Shown here piece after piece: positions 1 to 11,442 of a DNA stretch of 64,000 bases (within the stretch, counting starts at the first letter, position 1; each line of letters begins with the position of its first letter). A program made the position numbers and the translations under genes. The notes under the pieces were generated by a model. It was not told where the DNA came from. It did no database searches and worked only from the letters and a program-made list of their open reading frames with translations. The stretch is taken from NCBI GenBank assembly GCA_040954595.2, contig CM082590.2:7936001-8000000 (forward strand). The letters run 5' to 3'. The stretch comes from Balanoglossus misakiensis. Lineage: Eukaryota; Animalia; Hemichordata.

Positions 1-568
1 TTTTCCGGAGCGAATGGGATGAATTCTCTCCTGTTATTAGCAGACAGCTGGGTTATATTTAGGGTCAAAAGTTTTAGGATCAAAAGTTTTGTCATCAGTC
101 AAAGTACAATAAATCCTGTCTAAATTCCCATATAGCTGCCAAATTTCACATATTTTTTCCACAGTAAAATACTTCATATATATTCCCTATCCCCAGAGTT
201 ATTTGAAAGTCTGTATACATATCTGTAAGCTAATTTAGATGGACTAATCTAACTTTGAAAAAATTTAATAAAAATTGTGAAATTAATTCCCAAAGTGGCA
301 GTCCATGGGTGTTTAATTCTTATTGTACGTATACTTATATTGGTTTTAGCCAATGCAAAAAATTCAGTTGATTCACACACAAAAATCTTTAAAAAAAGTA
401 AATAGTTTCAGCTGTTGGACTAGCAAGACTGTGAGATCGATGGATGGTCTTATACCCACAAATTGTGCGAAATTGTGAGAGCTTTTTATTCTTAAAGAAC
501 TCTGATCTGATGATTACTCAGAGTAAAATAAACCCGAAAGTTCCAAAGTACATGTAATCCACAGTATA

Positions 569-1100
569 GTACGTTGCAAGAAGGCGCTCGTCACAATTCG
601 ACCACAGGCGAGGACTTCCGCAGCGGAGAAGCCGTAGACAAAGCTTTATGGCGATAATAATGAACTTGTCGACAAAAAAGGGGTACATGGTCTAAAATGA
701 AGCTCAACTCGCTCCTTGCCAACATAAATTTCATGTTTTGTGGGCAGTTTCACTGGGAGAAAGCGAGAAATCGCTAATATCGTGATCGTACGTTGCAAGA
801 GGGCGCTCGTCAGAATTTGCCAACAGGCGAGGACTTGCACAGCGGGTAAGCCATTTCCAAAGCTTTTTGGCGATAATAATGAGCTTGTCGAAAGAAAAGA
901 GGGTATATTGTCGAAAATGGAACTTAACTCGATCCTGGCCAACATAAATTTCATGTTTTGTGGGCAGTTTCGCTAGGAAAGAGCGTAAATACTGGGCTCG
1001 CGTACGTTACAGCGTGAAACAAAGTAAGTTTGACTTCTGTCGCAAGAGGGCGCTCGTCAATATTTGACAACAGGCGATGTCAACTTGCACATCAGGGAAG
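569..1100 (+). repeat. ~220-bp tandem duplication (2 full copies + 1 partial)
   Basis: gtacgttgcaaga.ggcgctcgtca...aacataaatttcatgttttgtgggcagtttc at ~569 and ~788; partial copy at ~1040. Confidence 0.8.
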
Positions 1101-1139
1101 CTTTTGGCAAGGGTTTACGACGAAACAATATTGTTTTTT

Positions 1140-1830
1140 TTTCATGGGTTAAAGCTCATGAAAATTTTTCATGGGCTATAGCTCATGAAAATTTTCAAGA
1201 ATTGAAATTTTCGTTTTGGACATTTTTCATGGGTTATAGCCCATGAAAAAAAATCATGAGCTATAACCCATGAAAAAATTTTATGGGCTATAAACAATGA
1301 AAAATGTCCAAAATGAAAATTTCAATTCATGAAAATTTTCAAGAATTGAAATTTTCATTTTGGACATTTTTCATGGGTTATAGCCCATGAAAAAAAATCA
1401 TGAGCTATAACCCATGAAAAATTTTTATGGGCTATAAACCATGAAAAATGTCCAAAATGAAAATTTCAATTCATGAAAATTTTCAAGAATTGAAATTTTC
1501 GTTTTGGACATTTTTCATGGGTTATAGCCCATGAAAAAAAATCATGAGCTATAACTCATGAAAATTTTTCATGAGCCATAACCCATGAAAAATGTCCAAA
1601 ATGAAAATTTCAATTCTTGAAAATTTTCATGAGCTATAACCCATGAAAATTTTTCATGAGCCATAACCCATGAAAAATGTCCAAAATGAAAATTTCAATT
1701 CTTGAAAATTTTCATGAGCTATAACCCATGAAAATTTTTCATGAGCTTTTAATCATGAAAAATGTCCAAAATGAAAATTTCAATTCTTGAAAATTTTCAT
1801 GAGCTATAACCCATGAAAAATGGGCTATAA
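1140..1830. repeat. CATGAAAA-based satellite with units in both orientations
   Basis: Recurrent ccatgaaaaatgtccaaaatgaaaatttcaattc and its reverse complement gaattgaaattttc.ttttggacatttttcatgg. Confidence 0.85.
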
Positions 1831-3169
1831 GTCTAACCCAGCATCCAATCTTGAGAGCAGAAATGGTCCTATCGCCCTCTATAGTCAAAATTGTATATAT
1901 TCTCCGCCATCTTCTCCATTGTCATGAATATTTATAAGCTGGGCTAATGAATAATAAAAAGCCTGGCTGAGTTGGGGTATGACGTCACCAGGCTTATTAT
2001 TCATTAGCTTATAAATATTAACGACGGGAGAAGATGGCGGAGAATACTTATTATTCATTAGCTTATAAATATTAACGACGGGAGAAGATGGCGGAGAATA
2101 CTTATAAGCTAATGAATAATAATAAGCGTACGCAGTTGCGTGACGTCATACTGCGATCAGCATTTGTAGTCATTACCACTAGGGGCGCACTAATGAGGTC
2201 AGGATATCCCCCTAATGCTGACCTTCGACCTTTGACCCACACGTGTTTCATGGAAGTCCCATGTCGGCATGTAAACACGCGAATAGCTTACAAATTGCCT
2301 CGAACTTTCACCAAATCCGGTCAACAAGTGCCCGTGGTTTCAATATAGGATGCCTAAACTCCACACCCGTGCAAGGAGAAGACTGAATCTACAGGAAAAT
2401 TACAGTAAGATTGTATTTTTGCATGATTTTTAGTCATGTTGTGATTGTTTACATGCCGAGCGCTAGGAGTAGGGCATATGGATAGGGAATCCAACAACAG
2501 CGTGGCCAGTAAACACAGCCCTGCCGAGCAGAGCTATGATAGCCGTAGCCGTCCAACCTTCCGACAGCGTGAAATATAGGGTTCGAAGGGGCCTGGCTCC
2601 CAATAAATTCACGGTTTAGCCCACGGTTCCGACAACAACACACTCCTGCGGTGTTGGAGTGAACACAGTAGAAATCCGTCGTGTGCTCAAATCTCTGTTT
2701 TTCGGATCAAAATAACCTATAACAAAACTGGTTTTCAGTGATAAAATTACCCCTGTTTAATAATAACATTGTGAAACAAATAAACTTCAATAACGGTTAC
2801 AAATGAGATGACCGCTTCGCTGTAAATGTAACTTGTAAGTGGTTAGACCTTCATTGAAAATCTTCAATTGGTGTGTAATAATAGTAGGTGGGTACCGGGT
2901 CGACACCATGGTTCAGGGTTTGAATCGTTTTAATAGCTTTAGTACTTTTTATTTCTCGAGCATTATCTCGGTTGTTTACAAAACCATCAGTTCTGTGGAA
3001 AAAAAAGAATAAACATGACGTAATGTTTTGAAAGTAGTAACATACATAATTACCATAATGAAATTCACATAGTATACTCAGTGTGTATATTTCAGGGTAT
3101 TTCTGTGATATGTAAAAAATTCTGTCAGATTATTTTTATTTTGCAGAATTTATACAAAATGTTCAGTAA

Positions 3170-4800
3170 TATCCCCCGGAAGCTTAAATTTTGGGTTAAA
3201 TATTAAAATAACCTTTATATCTTGACTTGAAATAGAAATACAGCCATATAAACAGGACTAAAATGTCAAACAGCTTGTTAGGCTAGGATATTCCCATCCC
3301 AAGTGTTCTGCTGAGGTTGTAAATAAGTGGGCCCAAATATCCCCTTGAAGTTTAAATTTTGGGTTAAGTATTAATTAACCTTTATATATTGACTATAATG
3401 ACTTGAAATAGACAATACAGCCAGATAAACAGGGCTGAAATGTCTAATAGCTTGTCAGGCTAGGATATTTCCATCCTCAGTGTTCTGCTGAGGTTGTAAA
3501 TAAATGGGGCCAAATTTCCCCTGGAAGCTTAAATTTGGGGTTAAATATGAATTAACCTTTATATATTGACTATAAAGACTTGAAATAGAAAATACAGCCA
3601 GATAAACAGGGCTGAAATGTCACTCTGCTTGTCAGGCTAGGATATATCCATCCCCAGTGTTCTGCTGAGGTTGTAAATAAATGGGGCCAAATTTCCCCTG
3701 GAAGCTTAAATTTGGGGTTAAATATGAATTAACCTTTATATATTGACTATAAAGACTTGAAATAGAAAATACAGCCAGATAAACAGGGCTGAAATGTCAC
3801 TCTGCTTGTCAGGCTAGGATATTTCCATCCTCAGTGTTCTGCTGAGGTTGTAAATAAATGGGGCCAAATTTCCCCTGGAAGCTTAAATTTGGGGTTAAAT
3901 ATGAATTAACCTTTATATATTGACTATAAAGACTTGAAATAGAAAATACAGCCAGATAAACAGGGCTGAAATGTCACTCTGCTTGTCAGGCTAGGATATA
4001 TCCATCCCCAGTGTTCTGCTGAGGTTGTAAAGAAGTGGGGCCAAATTTCCCCTGGAAGCTTAAATTTGGGGTTAAATATTAATTAACCTTTACATATTGA
4101 CTATAAAGACTTGAAATAGAAAATACAGCCAGATAAACAGGGCTGAAATGTCAAACAGCTTGTCAGGCTAGGATATATCCATCCCCAGTGTTCTGCTGAG
4201 GTTGTAAAGAAGTGGGGCCAAATTTCCCCTGGAAGCTTAAATTTGGGGTTAAATATTAATTAACCTTTACATATTGACTATAAAGACTTGAAATAGAAAA
4301 TACAGCCAGATAAACAGGGCTGAAATGTCAAACAGCTTGTCAGGCTAGGATATATCCATCCCCAGTGTTCTGCTGAGGTTGTAAAGAAGTGGGGCCAAAT
4401 TTCCCCTGGAAGCTTAAATTTGGGGTTAAATATTAATTAACCTTTACATATTGACTATAAAGACTTGAAATAGAAAATACAGCCAGATAAACAGGGCTGA
4501 AATGTCAAACAGCTTGTCAGGCTAGGATATATCCATCCCCAGTGTTCTGCTGAGGTTGTAAAGAAGTGGGGCCAAATTTCCCCTGGAAGCTTAAATTTGG
4601 GGTTAAATATTAATTAACCTTTACATATTGACTATAAAGACTTGAAATAGAAAATACAGCCAGATAAACAGGGCTGAAATGTCAAACAGCTTGTCAGGCT
4701 AGGATATCTCCATCCCCAGTGTTCTGCTGAGGTTGTAAATAAGTGGGGCCAAATTTCCCCTGGAAGCTTAAATTTTGGGTTAAATATTTTATCATCTTTA
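3170..4800 (+). repeat. 177-bp tandem satellite, ~9 units, inside composite repeat A
   Basis: Marker ctggaagctt at 3521, 3698, 3875, 4052, 4229, 4406, 4583, 4760 (exact period 177). Confidence 0.95.
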
Positions 4801-5509
4801 TATATTGACAATAAAGACAGTCAGATAAATTTTAATATTTACCAGTGAAGCTTATATTTTGCCAAAGTTTCGAAAAAAAATTAAATAGCTTGTCAGGCTA
4901 GGATATACCCATCCTGTTGTAAATAAGTGGGACTAAATGTTCCCTGTTCAAATCATTATAAAGCACATGATGTACACAAATATAGATCTATCACTAACAT
5001 GTAAGAAAAATAAGTCGCTGAAAACCAGTGTTTTGGAGTAATTAGTTTGATTAATCTTTATGTAAAACATAAATATGTCGTCGAGATAAAATAATTTCAA
5101 CTTGAAAGGATAGTGGCTTTTAGCAAAATTATTAAAAATCAATGACAGAAAATCACTTAAACCAAGTCTTAACTACTTTAATTTGGTTTTGTCACACCAA
5201 GATCAACTTTTCTGTTCTATTTGTTGAAATGCTAGGCTAAATTTTACTTTCAAAATCAAACTGTATGTGTTGAGCTCAGGCCAAGTACTATGTGTGGTCA
5301 TTTACATATGGAAGGACATGTACACTAACTATGCAGGGACCATGTTGAACTTTCAGTATAGACTTACTTTCTTGTCATTTTTTACAACTTTTAAAACTGT
5401 ATAGCCAGATAAAAATTTCCTGACGTGATTTCTACAACAGTTCCCCTTCTAGTTACCGTGTTTTTGCGCTTTAAACATTCAAAATAGAAGTATCCGGTCA
5501 AATTCAAAA

Positions 5510-8500
5510 TGTGCCACTGTTTGCGTGTTGACATCGGCGACTGACTCTGTCTCCATAGGATTACACGCGTCACCGTCGCTGATCACAAGCGCCGATCGCC
5601 AATTGAAGTGAAATTTCCAGTAGAATCCAATGTTTCCTAAAGATTTTAAGTGAATTACTGTATAGCCCTGTATGTATAGACTTCATTTTTTACTAAAGTA
5701 CAAGACCTAGCAACTTCTCAAGAAAAGAAATCGCCGTTTTTCCGTGTGTGTTGTTGGCTTCCCGACTTAGCGTATCTCAACGCTGTCCATTGCATTGCAT
5801 TGCTTATCGATGTCCACAGTGACACGCCCCCTTCATTTCTCAGTGGCAATACTCAAGAAAACTCGCTGTTTCATTCAGACTTAAATTGAAAATGTTTGCG
5901 AAAATATCACCAATCGATTTGTGTTGATGTAAAGAAATTTTTAAAGCAAAAACTGAGAAAATCGACCGAGATTTGAGCAAACGGCGACGCGTTCTTTCAT
6001 ACTTGTGCGAGTGACCGTGTTTATTTCATTGGCGTCCATTGATACTGTTGTTGAACATCCGTGTACTTAAAATCACTTTCATTCAAAATATTTCTGGTTC
6101 CTGACTCTATTTTTTGTGTAAAAGTTAGTTCCATGCAATAATCATTTAGAAAAGTGTATAGACTAAGGGCTAGGGTTATTTGCTATTTCTGTAATCGAAA
6201 TTTAATGTGCCACTGTTTGCGTGTTGATATCGGCGGCCGACTCAGTCTCCATAGGATTACACGCGTCCACCGTCACTGATCATCAGCGCCGATCGCCGAT
6301 TGAAGTGAAATTTCCTGTAGAAACTAGCGTTTTCATAATATTTTTCCTGAACTACAATATGGCACGATATGTATACACTTCATGTTTCTTAAAGTACAAG
6401 CTCTAGCAACTTCTCCAAAAATGTAATCGCCGTTTTTCTGCGTATGTTGTTGGTTTCCGTATCTCAACGCCAGTGTTTATCAACGTCCATAGTGACACGC
6501 CCCCTTTATTTACCAATGGCAATACTCAAGAAAACTCGCTGTTTCATTCAGACCGTAGTTGAAAATGTTTGCGGGCATATCACCAATCAAATTGTGTTGA
6601 TGTAAACAAGTTTTTAAAGCAAAAAAACTGAGAAAATCGACAGAGTACTTCGCCATTTCTGCAAACGAAATTTCCCTGTAGACGTGTTGATATCGGCGAC
6701 TGACTCTGTCTCCATAGGATTACACGCGTCACCGTCGCTGATCACAGGCGCCGATCGCCGATTGAAGTGAAATTTCCAGTAGAATCCAAAGTTTCCTAAA
6801 GATTTTAAGTGAATTACCATATAGCCCTATATGTGTAAACTTCATGTTTCTAAAAGTACAAGCTCTAGCAACTTCTCCAAAAATGTAATCGCCGTTTTTC
6901 TGCGTGTGTTGTTGGCTGCCCGACTTCGCGTATCTCAACGCTGTCCATTGCATTGCATTGCTTATCGATGTCAACAGCGACACGCCCCTTCATTTCTCAG
7001 TGGCAATACTCACGAAAACTCGCTGTTTCATTCAGACAGAAATTGTAAATGTTTGCATAGTTATCACCATTCGATTTGTTTTGATGTAAAGAAGTATTGT
7101 TAGCAAAAAACTGAGAAAATCGACAGAGTACTTCGCCATTTCTGCAAACGAAATGTCCCTGTATACGTGTTGATAGCGGCCGACTGACTCTGTCTCCATA
7201 GGATTACACGTACACGCGTCACCGTCGCTGATCACCAGCGCCGATCGCGAATTGAAGTGAAATTTCCATTAGAATCTGATGCTTCCTAAAGATTTGTTGT
7301 GAATAACTATATAGCCCTGTATGTATAGAGTTCATTTTTACTAAAGTAAAAGACCTAGCAACTTCTCAAGAAAAGAAATCACCGTTTTTCCGCGTGTGTT
7401 GTTGGCTGCCCGACTTCGCGTATCTCAACGCTGTCCATTGTTTATCAACGTCCAAGGTGACACGCCCCCTTTATTTACCAGTGGCAATACTCACGAAAAC
7501 TCGCTGTTTCATTCAGACAGAACTCGTAAATGTTTGTGCAGTTATCACCATTCGATTTATTTTGATGTTAAGAAGTATGGTTAGCAAAAAACTGAGAAAA
7601 TCGACGGAGTACTTAGCCATTTCTGCAAACGAAATTTCATGTGCCATTGTTTACGTGTTGATAGCGGCGGCCGACTCCATAGGATTACACGCGTCCACCG
7701 TCGCTGATCAGCAGCGCGGATCGCCGATTGAAGTGAAATTTCCTGTAGAAACCAATGTTTCCCTAAGATTTTTCCTGAACTACAATATGCCCGATATATG
7801 TACACTTCATGAAACTTAAAGTACAAGCTCTAGCAACTTCTCCAGAAATGTAATCGCTGGTTTTCTGTGTGTGATGTTGGTTTCCCGACTTAGCGTATTT
7901 CAATATACGCGGTGTCCATTGTTTATCAATGTCCATAGTGACACGCCCCCTTTACTTACCAGTGGCAATACTCACGAAAACTCGCTGTTTAATTCAGACA
8001 GAACTTGTAAATGTTTGCGCAGTTATCACCATTCGATTTGTTTTGATGTAAAGAAGTATGGTTAGCATAAAAACTGAGAAAATCGACAGAGTACTTCGCC
8101 ATTTCTGCAAACGAAATTTCATGTGCCACTGTTTACGTGTTGATATCGGCGGCCAACTCTGTCTCCATAGGATTACACGTACACGAGTCACCGTCGCTGA
8201 TCACCAGCGCCGATCGCCGATTGAAGTGAAATTTTCAGTAGAATCCAAAGATTCCCAAATATTTATTGTGAACTACGATATAGCCCTATGTGTATACGGT
8301 TTATTTTGACTAAAGTACAAGCTCTAGCAATTTCTCAAGACATGAAATCGCCGTTTTTCTGCGTGTGTTGTTGGTTTCCCGACTTCGCGTATCTCAACGC
8401 TGTCCATTGTTTATCAATGTCCACAGTGACACGCCCCCTTTATTTACCAGTGGCAATACTCACGAAAACTCGCTGTTTCATTCAGACAGAAATCGTAAAT

Positions 8501-8840
8501 GTTTGCGCAATTATCACCATTCGATTTGTTTTGATGTAAAGAAGTATGGTTAGCATAAAAACTGAGAAAATCGACAGAGTACTTCGCCATTTCTGCAAAC
8601 GAAATTTCATGTGCCACTGTTTACGTGTTGATAGCGGCGGCCGACTCTGTCTCCATAGGATTACACGCGTCACCGTCGCTGATCACCAGCGCCGATCGCC
8701 GATTGAAGTGAAATTTTCCGTAGAATCCAAAGATTTATTGTAGACTACATATAGCCCTATGTGTATACGCTTCATTTCCACTAAAGTACAAGACCTAGCC
8801 ACTTCTCCAGAAATTTAATCGCCGTTTTCCGCGTGTGTTG
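5510..8840 (+). repeat. Tandem array of ~480-bp units plus one ~695-bp unit (copy A)
   Basis: Marker ggattacacg at ~5558, 6254, 6717, 7201, 7682, 8170, 8658. Confidence 0.92.
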
Positions 8841-10829
8841 GATGCCCTATACTTAGCGTGTTTACTTCCGTGTTGTCAATTTCAGTGGAGGTGATAGTTG
8901 GTGCGCATGCGCAGTACAGAGACGCACTTAGTGATAGACGCTTTCCCACGTGTGTTGGTTGCCCTATACTTTAGCGTGTTAGTTGATACGCATGCGCAGC
9001 ACATAGACAGACTTAGTGTTAGATGCATTCAAAGTTTTGCCTGAAGTTGTAACTCACTTTAGCTTTGTTATTTCGCGTAGTTTTCTGTTTGAGAGGCTTT
9101 TATAGAGTTTAATCTGGTCTGTTGAAAGCTAACGTGTAGATTACCTGTTATTTTGAGCAGTATTTGTTCATTTTTCGATTTTTTACTGATTTTATTATGA
9201 TGTGTGACTGTACGTTATTTCCTTTATCAGTAAATGAGATTAAATTCTATAAAATGGAATTTCATTGTCACATTGTGCATTTCTTAGCTTGTTGTGTAAA
9301 CGATGATTTTACTTTTACAATCTGAAAAAGAGTACAGTAAACATAGAGTTTGTGTTTTTTTCCAGATTGTAAATTTTAAAGTCTCTTACATTACAAGGGC
9401 GATGCTTACGGTATGGAGAGAGTGAGTGTTTTGTTTGTCTTATTTCAATTTTTTTTTATTGTAGATGAAATTTATCAGTTGCCCTTTACACCGTGTGTTC
9501 TGTACTTTTACAGCGCAACCTTTAATTTAGCAATTTTTCACATTTTCATTGCTTTAGCTGTTAAAATAATGGAAAATTCATTGTTTTAAGCAAACCAGCC
9601 AATTCCTTCAAAATTCAGATATTTTCATCATTACCAAAAACTCCAATTCTTTCAAAATTACAGGTATTTCCATTATTTTTACCAAAAATCAAATTCCGTT
9701 AACATTTTTTTATCAAAATAGGCATCTCTTTCACAAAAATAGGCATTTCTTACCAAATTTAATGTTTTTTTTCATTATCTTATCCGAAATAGCTATTTCT
9801 TCAACCGAAATAGCCGTTTTTTCCAAAATTACACGTATTTTTCCTTATTTTCACCAAAAAAGCCATTTCGATCACTAAAATACCCATTTCTTACAAATTA
9901 AAGGTCAGTTTTACCATTAAAGTTCCAAATTTACATGCCTTTTCCACTATTTTCACCAAAATAGCCGTTTTGATCACTAAAATACCCATTTCTTTCAAAT
10001 TTAAGGTCATTTCAACCATTTTAACAGCTAAAAGCAATGCGAATGATGTAAAAAGTTGTAAAATTACTGGTTGCACTGTAAAAAGTACAGTAAAATGCAG
10101 TACACACACACTGATAAAGGAGCAACTGACAAATTTCATCGATAAAAAAAAAAAATCACCAGAAAAAAATTTGAAATCAGCCAAAAAAAGGCGGAAAAAA
10201 AATTTTGGGGAAAAATTTTTGTCTCTCGCCCTTCTCTCTCCTCCTCATCTTGTCTCCCCCCCCTTCTTCCTCCTCCTCATCTTGTCTCCCTCCCTCCTAT
10301 CCTTCCTACCTGTTGCATGCCCCCCTCCCTGTGTCTCCCCTCGTTGCATGGCCTCCCCCCTCTATCTATCCCTGGTGTATGATCTCCCCCCCCTTTATTT
10401 GACCCCTGATGCATGACCCCTCCCCATGTTTCGACTTACCTGCAAATCTTCATCCTGTGTCCATGTTCCATCCACGTCCAGTCTTCTCTATGTGCACCAT
10501 GTCCACCTCCAGCGGGTCTTGATCTCGCGTCCTTCCACTTGCTAGTCACTTACCTTGACCACTAGGCCACGGAGCTGCATGCAAACATATGCTCGGAACT
10601 TCTATATATCGGTTACCTCACTTACTAATAAGTCAGGAATAGGAATTAGAGCCAATTTTTCGATAAAATAATGTTTATTACAGCTTCTAATGCATGGTAG
10701 AGTAAAAAAAAAGAGCATATTCCTGTTTTAAGAGAGAGAAAAAAGGAAAATAACTGGATCAAATTACCAAAGGTAACTACAAGTTGAGACTCGAGAGGGC
10801 GCTGTGCTTGGCCATTGGTTGAAAAAAAA

Positions 10830-10902
10830 CCCACCCTTGCTGGGGCTCGAACCCGGGACCGCTGCGTGGCAGGCCATGGCCCTAACCACTAGGCCACGCT
10901 AA
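10830..10902 (-). other. tRNA-derived (Gly-GCC-like) Pol III module: A box + B box + T-run
   Basis: Minus strand TGGCCTAGTGG...GCCTGCCACGC...GGTTCGAGCCC followed by T8; the acceptor stem does not pair. Homolog at 62977-63050. Confidence 0.6.
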
Positions 10903-11370
10903 TGTTTGAAAAGGTGATCAAACACTTAGGTTATGAATGCCACAACGTAATTGTATGTAAACAAGATGGCTCGATCTCGTAAAAGCAAGTACTTTTTGAC
11001 TTGCTAAAAGAAGACTGAGCTTGTTCTCGGTTAATACTGTTGGCGGTAACGTTAATTCAGTAGAAAGATGTTCATAGTTTGTACTTTACTGTCGAAAACA
11101 CGCATTTTTCTAAGGGCTTTAGCGCGCCTGTGTTTGGGTCAAGTCACACGTCACGGAAGGCTAAAGGTCATACACAGCGCCATCTAGAGACACTATCTAC
11201 AAGTCATATCAGTCACATGACAGTCGCATGTAAATGACTGTACGTATACGTAATCCAGGTGCAATGACGTCACGGGGAAAAAGGGGAGGAATATGAGACT
11301 ATGATGAGCGTCTTCCTAGTCACGTGAGACGCAGTGGTCATCGACATCAATCTACTATAGAAAAAAAAAT

Positions 11371-11442
11371 GAATCCCTGCCGGGAATCGAACCCGGGACC
11401 TCTCGCACCATAGCCAATCACTCTAGCCTATACGCCACACAG
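11371..11442 (-). other. tRNA-derived Pol III module
   Basis: Minus strand TGGCGTATAGG...CCGGGTTCGATTCCCGG (perfect T-arm) followed by T9. Related copies at 11972-12043 and 63512-63583. Confidence 0.6.

Noticed and set aside
3170-4800. CRISPR-like array
   Set aside because: Eukaryotic context; units are contiguous with no unique spacers and no cas genes. The same holds for the other arrays.
5391-8743. Many 60-140-aa ORFs in the 480/695-bp arrays (also 57209-61132)
   Set aside because: They are repeat-unit translations broken by different stops and frameshifts in each unit, with no recognisable domain.
9891-10416. ORFs shared by both composite-element copies (MITKIPISFKF...)
   Set aside because: Low-complexity AT-rich/C-rich sequence, non-ATG start, and the frame differs between copies after the A-run; conservation reflects recent DNA duplication.
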